64,000 nt of DNA from an uncultured Phycisphaerales bacterium (GCA_963844715.1 CAWJPJ010000005.1:64001-128000), one strand, 5' to 3'; numbered from the stretch's first letter, positions 9,005-20,946 are shown. Notes: generated by a model not told the origin, from the letters alone. Made by a program: numbers and translations.

Positions 9005-11888
9005 ATGACCGCCCAGGCCCCGCAAAAAAACAGTTACAAGGGGACCCTCAACCTCCCGCAGACTTCGTTCCCGATGGAGGCGAAGCTCACCACCAACGAG
9101 CCTCTGCGCCTGGCCGCCTGGACCGAAGGGCGGCTATACGAAAAACTCCTCATCCACCGTGCAAAATCCCCCAAATGGATCCTTCACGACGGCCCGCCGT
9201 TCGCCAACGGCGATATCCATATCGGGCATCTCATCAATAAAACGCTGAAGGACGTGATTCTGCGGTTCCGGACGATGCAGGGTTTTCAGACGCCTTACGT
9301 TCCGGGCTGGGACTGCCATGGATTGCCGATCGAGCACAAAATCCAGCAGGAATTGGGGCCGAAACTGCGGCAGATGGACGTCGTCGAAGTCCGCAAACTG
9401 TGCTATGCCTACGCGGAAAAATACGTGGGCATCCAGCGCGAGCAATTCCAACGCCTGGGCATCCTTGGCGAATGGAACAATCCTTACCTCACGATGAGCC
9501 CGGAATACGAGGCTCAAACGCTCGAAGTCTTCGCGCGCTTCGTCGAGGAGGGGCTGGTTTACAAGCAGCTCAAGCCGGTCCCCTGGTCGATCGAAAACCA
9601 GACGGCTTTGGCGGATGCGGAACTGGAATACGCCGATGTGAAGGACAAGAGCGTTTATGTCCTTTTCGAAATCGAAGACCCATCCATCCTTGGCTCATTG
9701 GTTCAGCTTGAGGAAGATGTGCCGCTCTGTTTGATGGTGTGGACGACGACGCCGTGGACGCTGCCGGCCAATTTGGCGGTGGCCGTAAATCCTGAATCGG
9801 ATTACGGGCTGTACACCATGACAGTGGGGGGAGAACGGGCGCGAGGTGACGGCGATCATCGCCCGCCAGCGGCCGCGGATGTTCTGGCTCTTGAATTGGG
9901 AAATCCGCCGAAGGTCCAGGCTTCCAGCATCTACTTCAAGGGGAGCGACCTTGCCGGCGTCACGTATCGGCATCCGTTTGTCGATCGGATCGGAAAAGTC
10001 GTGACGGCCGATTACGTCACCCTCGAAGACGGCACCGGTCTCGTCCATACCGCGCCCGGCCACGGCGAAGACGACTATGACACCGGCATCCGCGAAAAAC
10101 TCGAGGTCTATAGCCCCGTGCTCGCCAATGGGCGCTTCGACGACACCGTGCCAGAGTGGCTGCGCGGAAAATCCGTCTGGGAAGCCAATCCGCTCATCAC
10201 TGAGCATCTTCGCAAAGCCAAACTTCTTTATCACGAGCAGGAAATCACCCACAGCTATCCCCACGATTGGCGCAGCAAAAAGCCGATCATCTTCCGCGCG
10301 ACCGAGCAGTGGTTCATCGCGATCGAAAAGCCGTTCACGCCGGCCGGGGAAAACGACGCCCCCAGATCGCTGCGCCAGCGCTCTCTCGATTGTGCCATGA
10401 ACAAAATCGAATTCATTCCCAAGTGGGGGCAGGCGCGCCTCATCGGCATGCTCGAATCCCGCCCCGATTGGTGCGTTTCCCGCCAACGCGCTGGGGGCTG
10501 CCCATTCCCGTTTTCTATAACGAAAAGGGGGACGCGCTGCTCACGCCGGAATCTGTGCGCGCTGTCGCCAAAGTGCTCGCGGAAAAAGGCTCCAACGCGT
10601 GGTTCACCGTGCCTGCGTGGGAACTGCTCGGGAAGGATTTTAAATATCCGCCGGGGTTCTTCCCCGAGAATCTCCGCAAGGAAAAGGATATTTTCGACGT
10701 CTGGTTCGAAAGCGGCAGCAGTTGGCACGCCGTCTTGCAAAATCGGTCTTATCTGCATTTCCCCGCGGATTTGTATCTTGAAGGCTCGGATCAACATCGC
10801 GGCTGGTTCCAGCTCTCGCTGCTCCCTAGCCTCGGCGCCACCGGCAAGCCGCCATACAAGCAAGTCCTCACTCACGGGTTCGTCGTCAAGCCGGATGGCA
10901 CCAAGGTCAGCAAATCAGACAAGTCTTACGTGACGGCCACGGCCGAGGTGAACCGCCACGGGGCGGATGTCCTGCGGCTCTGGTGCTGCAGCGTCGATTA
11001 CCAGAACGACATCCCGGCCAGCCCCGATGCGATCAAGGAATTTTCCGACAAGTACCGCAAAATCCGCAACACGCTGCGGTATCTGCTGAGCAATCTTTAC
11101 GATTTCGATCCGCAGACGGACGAGCAGCCGATCCCGCAGGCGAGCCTCGACGGCTGGGCCATGCAGAACTGGATAACTTGATCGAGCAAACGACACGCGC
11201 ATACGACAAATATGAACTCCATCGCGCGTTTCGGCTGCTTCACGATTTCTGCGCCGTGCAGATCAGCGCCGTCTACGGCAACGCGATGAAGGACCGCCTT
11301 TATTGCGAATTGCCCAATTCGCCCTTGCGCCGACGCTGCCAGACCGTCATGTACAAAATGGCTTCGAGCCTGACGCGTCTGCTCGCCCCGATGCTGGTTT
11401 TCACGGCCGACGAAGTCTGGGAAAAAATCCCACACCGCTCCGGTGTCGATGCGTGCGTGCCCAGCGTCCATATGACAGATTTACCGACAAAATGCGGCCC
11501 AGAACCGAGCGATGCCGATCAAACGGCGTGGGACCTGCTCACTCGGGCCAGGGACCAGGCCACCGCGCAGCTCGACGCCCTGAAAAAATCCGTAGGCCTG
11601 AATAAGGCGCTGGATGCCGAGCTGATCTATCACGTCGACGACGCCACCCGCGCCAAACTGGAACCCTTCGGCCCCGATCTCGAAGACGTCGTCGGCGCAG
11701 GCTTCCACAGCTTTCAGGCAGAGCCCCCGAGCCAGTTCCGAGTCGAAGTGGTCGATCGCCGGCAAATGTATAAATCATGCGCGCGAAGCTGGAAGCGCCG
11801 GCCGGATGTGGGAAGCGATTCACAGTATCCCGATTTATCCGTGCGCGATGCGGCGGTTGTCAGGCGGTTAAATGAAAAAAAGAATTAG
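9005..11888 (+). CDS. ileS: Isoleucine--tRNA ligase (frameshifted in this sequence)
   Basis: YKGTLNLPQTSFPM, HDGPPFANGDIHIGH, WTTTPWTLP, GTGLVHTAPGHG, DWCVSRQR, LEGSDQHRGWF, KVSKS; ORFs 9005..10933, 10267..11181, 10983..11888. Confidence 0.97.
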
Positions 11889-11983
11889 CACAGAGGACAC
11901 AGAGCACACAGAGAGCACAGAGGAAAAAATTCTTTGTACTTAACTCTGTGCCCTCTGTGTTCTCTCTGTGCTCTCTGTGTTCG
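11885..11983. repeat. Inverted repeat of 9-bp units (CACAGAGnn)
   Basis: TTAGCACAGAGGACACAGAGCACACAGAGAGCACAGAG ... CTCTGTGCCCTCTGTGTTCTCTCTGTGCTCTCTGTG between ileS and purN. Confidence 0.9.
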
Positions 11984-12010
11984 CATTTAGTTTTTTGAGA
12001 GAGCCGAAAA

Positions 12011-12634
12011 TTGCCATCCGCGCCGATTCAACTTACAGTCCTCATCAGCGGCTCTGGCACGACGCTGCAAAATTTCATCGACTGCATCCATGCCGGGACT
12101 CTCAATGCCAGGATTAATCTAGTGATTGCGTCCAAACCGGGAATCGCGGGTATCGATCGCGCCAAATCGGCGGGGCTGCGCACGGAAATCGTTGAACGAA
12201 AGAAATTCGCCGGTGCGGCGGAATTCTCCGCTCGTATCTTCGAGCTTTGCGATGAATCGTGCGCCGATCTCGTGTGCTTGGCCGGTTGGCTTTGTCTCCT
12301 TCATCTCCCCGAGAAGTGGGGGGGGAAGGTGATGAACATTCACCCGGCGCTGCTCCCCTCCTTCGGCGGCCCGGGCCTTTACGGCCAGCGCGTCCATCAA
12401 GCCGTCCTTGACCATGGCGCAAAAGTCAGCGGGTGCACCGTCCATTTCGTCGACGCCACCTACGACACCGGGCCCGTCATTCTTCAGCGAACTTGCCCCG
12501 TTCTCGACAACGACACCCCAGAAACCCTCGCCCATCGCGTTTTCGAGGAGGAAAAAATCGCCTATCCGGAGGCAATTCGCCTCTATCAGACCGGCCGTCT
12601 GTCCCTCCGCGAAGGTCGAGTCTCTATCAAATAA
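12011..12634 (+). CDS. purN: Phosphoribosylglycinamide formyltransferase
   Basis: VLISGSGTTLQ...CLAGW...MNIHPALLPSFGG...SGCTVHFVDATYDTGPVILQ. Confidence 0.96.
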   Translation: MPSAPIQLTVLISGSGTTLQNFIDCIHAGTLNARINLVIASKPGIAGIDRAKSAGLRTEIVERKKFAGAAEFSARIFELCDESCADLVCLAGWLCLLHLPEKWGGKVMNIHPALLPSFGGPGLYGQRVHQAVLDHGAKVSGCTVHFVDATYDTGPVILQRTCPVLDNDTPETLAHRVFEEEKIAYPEAIRLYQTGRLSLREGRVSIK

Positions 12635-12759
12635 CTCTCTGCCAATACGTAACTTACGCTCAAATTTGAACCCATCGACCGTTTCCCCCATAATGGTCTC
12701 TCCCCGCGCCGGGTTTGGCCGGCGGGTTTTCTAACGAATATCAAATTAACGAGGCAGAA

Positions 12760-14033
12760 ATGAGCAGTTCACAACCGACCGTGTTGGGCTTAACGCCCAG
12801 CTTCGGATTTGGCGATCGTCTGGGTTTGGCAACTCCCGGACACGCCGCCGCGCTCAAGCGCACCGGGTCCGGAATCGCCCCCATCTTCGCCCAGCAATCC
12901 ATCCGCGAAATGGCTCGCACCAATCGTCAGCCCACGGAAGTGATGGCTGATGCGCTGGCCGGCGCCGCCGGGGCGGGTTTCACCGGCAAGCAAGGCGCGG
13001 ATGCCGATCATCTTAAGACCCCGAACGACGTCGATCGGACTTCCTCCGCCGGATTCGTTTTCTTCACGATCGATCCATCGGGAGAAGTTGACGCCGGCGC
13101 CGACGATTACAACTCCGATCAGCTCGCCGAGAAATTCAAAGCCGTCGCCGATCAGGTGAATTGGATTGGCACGTACGAGAACAAGAAAGTCAAACTAACC
13201 AGCGGCACGCAGATCGATTTTCCGCCGCGGTCTGCCGGCGCGCCGCCGTCAAGTACGGCAAGGCGATCAACATGGCGGTCAACCTCGGCAAGTACATCGC
13301 CCAGGTGCACCAGAAGCTCAACCGCGCTTTTGAGATCGAACTTAGCGTTGACGAAACGCCCAGGCCGACGACTCTTGCCGAGCATTACATCATCGCCGAC
13401 CAGTGCGCCCGCAACGGGCTCAAGCTCATCAGTCTCGCCCCGCGCTTCATCGGCGAATTCGAAAAAGGCGTCGATTACAAAGGCAACGTCGCCGAGCTGG
13501 AGAAATCCCTCAACGACCACGCCGCTATAGCCAAGCAACTCGGGCCGTACAAGCTGAGCCTCCACTCCGGCTCCGACAAACTCTCGATCTATCCCTCCCT
13601 GGCCCGGGCCACGAAGGGCTGTTTCCATGTAAAAACAGCCGGAACCAGCTATCTCGAAGCGCTTCGCGTTGTCGCCCAGGTTGATCCGGCTCTGTTCCGC
13701 GAGGTCGTGAATCTCTCGCGCAGCCGCTATGAAACCGACCGCGCGACCTATCACGTCTCGGCCACGCTGAATTCGGCCCCGGCCGCCGACGCCACGTCCG
13801 ACCCCATCGCCCTCGAAAAAGCCTACATCGGTCTCTGGAAAGACGTCCCCAAGGGCGCGGGCTTCACCGATCCCGGCCGGCAAATCGTTCACACGACTTT
13901 CGGCTCCGTACTCTGCGACGCCAATCTTGGCCCCAAGGTCAAGCAGTGCGTCAAGGCTCACCAGGCCCTCTACACCCAAATCCTGGAAGAGCATTTCGGC
14001 AGGCATCTCGACGCCCTCAAGGCGGGGATGTGA
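12760..14033 (+). CDS. uxaE: Tagaturonate/fructuronate epimerase (UxaE family), frameshift near 13225
   Basis: SFGFGDRLGLATPGH, FAQQSIREM, GADADHLK, ELSVDET, SLAPRFIGEFEKGVDY, LSLHSGSDK, HVKTAGTSYLEALR. Confidence 0.9.
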
Positions 14034-14080
14034 TTTTTATTGTTCTTCAAAAAGCAATGAAGGAAATGAGGATTTAAATC

Positions 14081-15164
14081 ATGTTGAAGATTCGTGAAGC
14101 TAAAGACACCAAGTTCGATCTGGTCTCCCTCGGCGAAAGCATGGTGCGCCTCTCCCCGCCGGGGCATGGCCGCATCGAATTCTCCCCAACTCTGGAAGTT
14201 TGGGTCGGCGGCGGAGAATACAACGTCGCTTACGCGCTGGCTCGTCTGGGCCTGCGAACCGCGTTCGCCAGCCGGATCGTCGATAACCCCGTCGGCAAGA
14301 TCATTGTGAATCACGCCCGCTCCGTAGGTATGGACATCGGGCATCTCGCCATCGCCAAGTACGACGGCGTCGGCCGCGCCGACCGGATCGGGCTCAACTT
14401 CACCGAAGTCGGCACCTCCGTCCGCGCCAGCGTCACCATGTACGACCGCGGGCACTCCGCCGCCATGAACCTCAAGCCGGGCATGATCGACTTCAAGAAA
14501 CTCTTCAAGGAACAGGGCGGCCCGCTGGATGCACACCGGCGGCATCTTCACCAGCCTTTCCGACGGGACCGCCGCCGTGTGTAAAGAGGCGATTCTCGCC
14601 GCCAAGGAATCGGGAACCATCGTCAGCTACGATTTGAATTTCCGGTCCAAGCTGTGGAAAGCCGAAAAGGCCCAGCAGGTCACCAAGGAAATCGTCCCCC
14701 ATCTCGACTGCATCATCGGCAACGAGGAAGATTTCCAGAAAGTCCTCGGCTTCGAAGTCGAAGGCGTCGATGAAAATCTCTCCGCCCTCGATACCAGCGC
14801 CTATAAGAAAATGGTCGAAAAGGTCGTCAAGGCCTACCCCAACGTCAAAGTCGTAGGGACGACGCTTCGCGAGGTAAAGAGCGGCCTGATCAACAACTGG
14901 TCGGCCATCCTCTATGTCGACGGCAAGTTTTACGAAAGCCGCCGATATGACGGCCTGGAAATCGAAGACCGCGTCGGCGGGGGCGACGGTTTCTCCAGCG
15001 GTTTTGCCTACGGTTTCCTGACCGCCAAAACCCCGCAGGAATGCGTGGACCTCGGCGCCGCCCACGGCGCGCTTCTCCAGACCACTCGCGGCGACACCAG
15101 CCAGATCGACCTGGAAGAACTCAATCACGTCTTCAAAGGCGGCAGCGCTAGAATCAAACGGTAA
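14081..15164 (+). CDS. kdgK: PfkB sugar kinase, 2-keto-3-deoxygluconate kinase-like, frameshift near 14520
   Basis: LGESMVRLSP, GGGEYNVAY, SYDLNFRSKLW, GNEEDF, DRVGGGDGF. Confidence 0.85.
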
Positions 15165-15176
15165 AAACAAAATCAA

Positions 15177-15294
15177 AAATGCAACCGCGGAGACACGGAG
15201 ACGCAGAGGAAGACGCAGAGAATTAATGGATTAAAAAACAAAAACTTCTTCTCCGCGTCTGTCTCCGCGTCTCTGCGTCTCTGCGGTTGCATTT
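15177..15294. repeat. Inverted repeat of ~9-bp units (CGCAGAGAC type)
   Basis: AAATGCAACCGCGGAGACACGGAGACGCAGAG ... CTCCGCGTCTCTGCGTCTCTGCGGTTGCATTT inside the sugar-acid operon. Confidence 0.9.
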
Positions 15295-15314
15295 AAAACT
15301 AAGCGAGAAAAAAT

Positions 15315-16286
15315 ATGCCAACGCGAATTTTGCTCACCACCACGAGTTTCCAGGACACGCCCGGCGCGCACCACGATGTGCTGAGTAAATCCGGCTTCGA
15401 AGTCGTCACCGCGCGTGGGCCGTTGAAAGAGAACGAGATGCTCGACCTCGTCAAGAAGGACGGCGGGTTCGACGGCTTCCTCAACGGCGATGATCACATC
15501 ACCGCCAAGGTCATCGACGCCTCTCTCCCGAGGCTCAAAGTCATCGCCAAGTACGGTATCGGGCTCGATTCGATTGACGTCAAATACGCGACAGCCAAGA
15601 ATCTCCCCGTACTCTTTACGCCCGGCGTCAATCACACGACCGTCGCCGAGCACACCTTCGGGCTGATGATCTGTCTGGTCAAAAACTTTTGGGTCTCCAT
15701 CAAGAGCGTCAAGGACGGCCAGTGGAAACGTCCGACCGGGCACGAACTTTTCGGGAAAACCATCGCCGTCATGGGCGTCGGTCGCATCGGCAGGGAAGTC
15801 ATCAAACGCGCCAGCGCCTTCGGCATGAAGAGCATGGGGTACGACAAGCATTGGGACGAAGGCTTCGCCCGGGAGTACGAAGTCACCCGCGCCGACACGA
15901 TGGATGACGCCTTCAGCGCCGCCGACATCATCTCCCTTCATATGGATCTCTCCCCCGAAACCCAGGGCCTGGTCAACAAGCAGCGCATCGCGCTGATGAA
16001 AAAAGGCGCGATTCTGATCAACACGGCCCGCGGGGGTCTGGTCGTTGAAAAAGACATCGCCGACGCCTGCCGGAGCGGACAACTCGGCGGCTACGGCGCT
16101 GACGTCCTCAACGTCGAGCCGATGGTAGCGCCGCATCCCTTCCAGGAGATCGACAACATCATTATCACCACGCACATCGGCAGCCGAACTTACGAAAGCG
16201 TGCAGCGGCAAGGTCTCCGCGCCGCCCACAACATCGTCAACTATCTGAATGGCGACTCCGATTTCATCCAGGCCAATAAGTTTTGA
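15315..16286 (+). CDS. D-2-hydroxyacid dehydrogenase (phosphoglycerate dehydrogenase-like)
   Basis: KYGIGLDSID, GVGRIG, LINTARGG, ADVLNVEP, HIGS. Confidence 0.9.
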   Translation: MPTRILLTTTSFQDTPGAHHDVLSKSGFEVVTARGPLKENEMLDLVKKDGGFDGFLNGDDHITAKVIDASLPRLKVIAKYGIGLDSIDVKYATAKNLPVLFTPGVNHTTVAEHTFGLMICLVKNFWVSIKSVKDGQWKRPTGHELFGKTIAVMGVGRIGREVIKRASAFGMKSMGYDKHWDEGFAREYEVTRADTMDDAFSAADIISLHMDLSPETQGLVNKQRIALMKKGAILINTARGGLVVEKDIADACRSGQLGGYGADVLNVEPMVAPHPFQEIDNIIITTHIGSRTYESVQRQGLRAAHNIVNYLNGDSDFIQANKF

Positions 16287-16308
16287 GCTATCATCCCGAA
16301 AGGCAACC

Positions 16309-17406
16309 ATGGCTACGCAATATGTAATGTCTCCCAAGGCCCACGACGACCTGGTTTCCGCGGCGTATCGCGCTCGCGGCTATCTCCCCGACGAAGCGGA
16401 TGCCGCCGCACGATTCAGCCGTCTGACGGCGCGGCACGGCATCAAGACTCACAACGCCATCAAGGCCCTGCATCTCGACGAGCACTTCGGCTCCAAAGCC
16501 GGCGGCTGCGTCCCGGGGGCTTCCATCGAAAAAATCCCATCCAAATACAAAGCCGTCGCCCGCTGGAACGCCAACAAGAAGCTCGGCCAGGCGGTCGCCT
16601 ATGCCGCGATGTCCGAGGCGATGAAGCTGGCCGATGAATTCGGCGTCGGCGTCGTCTCCGTTGACAACGCGTTTCACTATCTCTGGGGCGGCGGATACGT
16701 GATCGAAGCCGCTCAAAAGGGGTACATCGCCTACACCTGCTGCACCGCGGCTTTGGCGGAGGTTGTCCCCTTCGGCGGAAAATTCCCGACGCTCGGCACT
16801 AATCCCCATTCCTGGGCCTTCCCCACGACCGAAGCCATCGGCTTCCCCATCTGCATCGACTGGGCGACCAGCGTTGTCGCCATGGGCCGCGTTCAGCAAT
16901 TCATCCGCGAAGGAAAAATGCTCCCGCCGGGCTGCGGCGTCGATAAGGACGGCAACGAAACCACCGACCCGAAAAAGGTCGTCGCTCTGCTTCCCTTCGG
17001 CCAGCACAAAGGTTACGGCCTTTCGCTCATCGACGAACTCATGGGCGCATTCGTCGGCGGGTCGCTCGCCACGCTCCGCAGTCGGTGGGACACCGGGCCC
17101 AAGGACGAGAAGCACACGCCCAATTTTTTCTTCCAGTGCATCCGCGCCGACGCCATCAGCGGCGAGGACTTCGCGCAAAAGCGAACGCAAACGCAAAACG
17201 TCAAGGCGGTGATCGCCGACATCCTCGGTCACGGCAACGAAAAATGCCTCCTGCCCGGGCAGCCCGAAGCGCAGGCGGCGGCTCTCAGCGACAAAATGGG
17301 CGGACTTCTCTTCACTGCCGCGGAGATAGACGCGTTTGAGCAAATTGCCGCCGAGGCCAAAGTGAAACTCGATCGATCCGCTCTTCGACCCGTGGAAGGA
17401 GTCTGA
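16309..17406 (+). CDS. Ldh2 family (malate/L-lactate/diketogulonate) oxidoreductase
   Basis: HGIKTHN, VVSVDNAFHY, LGTNPHSWAFP, IDWATS, LLPFGQHKGYGL. Confidence 0.9.
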   Translation: MATQYVMSPKAHDDLVSAAYRARGYLPDEADAAARFSRLTARHGIKTHNAIKALHLDEHFGSKAGGCVPGASIEKIPSKYKAVARWNANKKLGQAVAYAAMSEAMKLADEFGVGVVSVDNAFHYLWGGGYVIEAAQKGYIAYTCCTAALAEVVPFGGKFPTLGTNPHSWAFPTTEAIGFPICIDWATSVVAMGRVQQFIREGKMLPPGCGVDKDGNETTDPKKVVALLPFGQHKGYGLSLIDELMGAFVGGSLATLRSRWDTGPKDEKHTPNFFFQCIRADAISGEDFAQKRTQTQNVKAVIADILGHGNEKCLLPGQPEAQAAALSDKMGGLLFTAAEIDAFEQIAAEAKVKLDRSALRPVEGV

Positions 17407-17411
17407 ATCTA

Positions 17412-18189
17412 ATGTCTTACAAAGGTTTTGACGTCACCGGAAAAGTCTGCATCGTCACCGGCGGCACCAGCGGCCTGGGGAAATCCATCGCTCTTGGGCT
17501 CGCCCAATCCGGCGCGAAAGTGATCGCCGGTTCCTCCAGCGCCGGCAAAGTGGACGCGGTCAAGAAAGAACTCGGCGCCGGAAACGAGGCGATTCAGATC
17601 GACGTTTCCAGCGAGGCGTCGGTCGAGGCCGCGATGAAACACGCCGTCTCCAAATTCGGACGCCTCGACGCGGTCATTAATGCCGCCGGGGTCATCGGGC
17701 GGCAGCCTTCGATCGATCTCCCGGTCGCGGAATTCGAGCGCATCGTCAAAATCAATCTGACCGGCTCGTTCATCGTCGCCAAGCATGCCGCGCATCATGC
17801 GGGACCAGGCCCCCGGCACGCGCGGAGAGCGCGGCTCGATCGTCTTCATCGCCTCTCTGAACAGCTTTATTTCTCTCAGCGAAGTGCTCGCATATGCGTG
17901 CAGCAAATCGGGCGTTCTCGGGCTTGTCCGCGGACTCTCTAACGAATCGGCGCCCCTGGGAATTCGCGTCAACGCGATCGCGCCGGGGATTTTCCCGACC
18001 GACCTCAACCGCCCATTGATCGAAAACACCCCGCGCGGCGATTGGCTCCGCAAGCATACGCCGGTCGGACGCTTTGGCGACGCCGAGGAACTTGTCGGCG
18101 CGGCCATCTATCTGGTCTCCCCCTCGGCGAGCTTCACCGCGGGTCAGACACTGATTGTGGACGGCGGATTTCTGGCCCGGGGCGTTTGA
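17412..18189 (+). CDS. SDR oxidoreductase (KduD/gluconate 5-dehydrogenase-like), frameshift near 17790
   Basis: TGGTSGLG, INAAG, YACSK, VNAIAPG, TPVGRFG, VDGGFLA. Confidence 0.88.
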
Positions 18190-19509
18190 TCGCGTCCCGC
18201 AATCGCGGCCACTGCAAACCGATCAAGAGCGCCGCCGCCGGTGTGATGTGCAGCAGCAGCCGGTCCTGCGTCACATTCATCAAGCCGCGGAAATCCCAGT
18301 TTGCCACGATCAAATAGGGCGGGAGATAAATCAGAAAGTGCGCCGTCAGCAGAATCCACACCAGCATCACGCCCCGATCCAAAAACCGCCGCCACCGCAA
18401 AATCGCGGCAATCGGCAGCAGATACCAGAACACGCTCCACAATTGCACGTCCAATGCCTTGGTCAGGAATCCCCAAAGCACGGGGCCGAGCCGCGAAAGA
18501 TTTCCCATCGCTTCCGAGAAATGCAGATGCCCCATGTAGTTCTCGTCGGTCCTGGGTATGGCTCGCGTGTATAAAAACCAGGGCAAATACGCCGCCGCGA
18601 CGACTACCCCAAACGATATCCAAGTCGCGGGCTTGCGCACCGAAAGCGCCGCGACGGCCAATACGTTCACAATCGCCAGCGGCAACCCCTCCTGTTTGCT
18701 CCACGCAAGAAGAATCGTGAACAGCGCCGTGAAAATCAGATCCGCCCGCCGGCGATCTTGCTGCCAATTCAGCAAACTCACCAGGCTGCATGCATAAAAC
18801 GCCGCCAGCGGTAAATCCGCGTCGCCCGTGCCGGCGAATTCGAGCATCTTGGGCGTGCAAAGCAGGAGCGTCGTCGCCGTGACCGCGGCGGTTCCCCCAT
18901 GCCTGCGGCGAATCGCCGCATAAACCACCGCCCCCAACCCCAGATAAAACAAAAGCTGCGGGGCCTTCTCCTTCTCATCGTCCAGGCTTCCCGCCATCGC
19001 GTGCTCGCCCGCCGAAATCATCGGCACCAAAACGGGATATTCCAGATGGCTGAAGCTCCGGCTCACGTCCGTGAAATATGCCGGCCGCGGGACCAAAGGC
19101 TCGTTTGTCAGCACCTTCGATTTCAACTGCCAGATCGCAAATGCGTCCCAATCCCCCGTCGGATACACGCACGTATCCACGGCCACGACAAATGTGCCGT
19201 ACGCCAGGGCGACAAAGCAAAAGATCAACCACCATTTCGGCGCTCGATCCTCGTCAATCGCCTTGGCCATCCGCAGTCGCCGACCCGGCGTCAGCGCCGC
19301 GACTGCCGCCACCCCGGTGATCCCAAAAATAATCGCCCGCGAAGGCTGCCACCCCATCATCGAAATCGCGATCAGCAACAGCCCCATCGCCCCCGTCCCC
19401 GCGCAAAGCGCCAGTCCAACTGCTTCGAATCGCGATCTTTCCCCCCGACTCGAACGACGATCGCCCAACCGACGACCAGCAGGCAGGCAAGATAGATCGC
19501 GCACCACAT
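18134..19509 (-). CDS. Polytopic membrane protein, GT-C/ArnT-like glycosyltransferase
   Basis: Many TM helices; WDAFAIWQLKSK, HLEYPVLVP, ADLPLA, WSKQEG; likely ATG at 19509 with a frameshift near 19440. Confidence 0.6.
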
Positions 19510-19518
19510 GGATTTGTT

Positions 19519-20016
19519 CTATCGAGTTGTAGCCCGAACCGGCCGCCCCGGCTGGTAGACGAATTGCAACTGATGAAGCTCCCGATTCGGCAGGCAAAAA
19601 ATCGTCAATATGGTCGGCGTCTGATGCTCCTTCAGCCACTGGTCATCCGGGAGAAATTGGGCGTGGGAAATTTGCGGCGCGGTGTTGATCGGAGCGGACG
19701 GATCGCCCACCAGCACGCGCTGCGGATAGAGCACATAATTCGCGCGGAAATAAAAGTTCGTGGCGTAATCTCCGAACTTCTCGAATCCCACCAAATACAT
19801 AAACAGCCCGCCCCCGTTGGCGAATTTAACGAAGTAAGGATCGACGTCCTGCGTATATCGATTCAATCCGATCTGCTGCTCCCCGAGAATGAGCCGATTG
19901 TATACGTCCACCCAGACGGACCAACCGATCCCGAAAATCGCGGCGCCGATCATCAATTTCGCGATGACGCGCACTGCCGTGCTCCCGCCGTTGGAAGGTG
20001 TCGAGTCCGTCATCAT
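19519..20016 (-). CDS. Hypothetical protein with N-terminal membrane anchor
   Basis: MMTDSTP...LMIGAAIFGIGWSVW...FRANYVLYPQRV; start overlaps upstream stop. Confidence 0.6.
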   Translation of the reverse strand: MMTDSTPSNGGSTAVRVIAKLMIGAAIFGIGWSVWVDVYNRLILGEQQIGLNRYTQDVDPYFVKFANGGGLFMYLVGFEKFGDYATNFYFRANYVLYPQRVLVGDPSAPINTAPQISHAQFLPDDQWLKEHQTPTILTIFCLPNRELHQLQFVYQPGRPVRATTR

Positions 20017-20510
20017 GAAATGGCCGAAATCTGGTCCCGCGCCGCCTCGATTTTTTCGCGCTCGTGCAAGGGTCCTCTGCCGATCCCCGGACATCTCTGT
20101 GCCGCCGCCTCCCACGCGGTGGGGCTGGAGAGAGTCGAATCCCAGAACGGCCAGGCCCGGCACTGTGCCGGCCGCGCCGAGTAAACCGAGCAGACGCGTC
20201 TTCCGTGCGCCACGCCGTCGCCCTTGGTTTCAGCCGGAATCTCCGTCAGGAAGACGCAGTCATATCCCCCATGCCGCGGATTGAAATTCTCCTTGAGGCT
20301 CCATCGCCCGCCCACCCGCCGGCAATATTTTTCGATCGTCTGATCGATCGGAAGCGTCAGCAGCTCCGCGAGCCGCCCGATCTCCTCATCGCTGATCCAG
20401 ACGAACCCCGGCCGTCCCGTGCAGCAATTTCCGCACTGCGTGCAGGAAAAGCGCAAGCCATCGGCGTACCAAGGCTCCGCCTGCCCGGTGTTCACAACCG
20501 TCAACTCCAT
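20013..20510 (-). CDS. YkgJ-family cysteine-cluster protein
   Basis: FSCTQCGNCC...DCVFL...CSVYSARPAQCRAWPFW...CPGIG. Confidence 0.9.
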   Translation of the reverse strand: MELTVVNTGQAEPWYADGLRFSCTQCGNCCTGRPGFVWISDEEIGRLAELLTLPIDQTIEKYCRRVGGRWSLKENFNPRHGGYDCVFLTEIPAETKGDGVAHGRRVCSVYSARPAQCRAWPFWDSTLSSPTAWEAAAQRCPGIGRGPLHEREKIEAARDQISAIS

Positions 20511-20538
20511 GTAAGAAGGTGATACCGCCCCCGGCGGC

Positions 20539-20946
20539 TTAAGAAAAGAGCGTGCGCCAGGCCAGCAAGACAATCGCCCCCTGCACGATCCCAAACGTCA
20601 TCCAGCCGACGGGAATCCGCGATCGTCCGCGAACCATCGTTTTCACGTCGCCGGCGGGCGATTTATCGGACAAATGGTTCTGTACCGCCGCGATGATCAG
20701 ATTCGCTTCAAAACGCCCGATCCGGCGTCGCGCGGCTTGTCTCAATATATATAGCCTGTCGCTGAACGGCAGAGCCGGCCCGACCATTCGTGCCGCCACC
20801 AGGTCCGCCAAATCCCGCGCCGCCGCCGACCGGCACCCCAATATCGCCGATTCCGACCAATCCAACCGCTCGGGCATATCAGCGCGCGCCACATCCGAGA
20901 CCGGCTGGCGCAATCGTCGCCGAAAAACTCGAACCGTCTGCGGCAT
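20539..20946 (-). CDS. Hypothetical protein with C-terminal TM helix
   Basis: ORF with IGRFEANLIIAAVQ and hydrophobic C-terminus; start uncertain. Confidence 0.55.
   Translation of the reverse strand: MPQTVRVFRRRLRQPVSDVARADMPERLDWSESAILGCRSAAARDLADLVAARMVGPALPFSDRLYILRQAARRRIGRFEANLIIAAVQNHLSDKSPAGDVKTMVRGRSRIPVGWMTFGIVQGAIVLLAWRTLFS

Noticed and set aside
15231..17343. Long minus-strand ORFs opposite the dehydrogenase genes (and similar ones opposite flgI, fliC, ahcY)
   Set aside because: Antisense open frames produced by high-GC codon bias; no independent motifs
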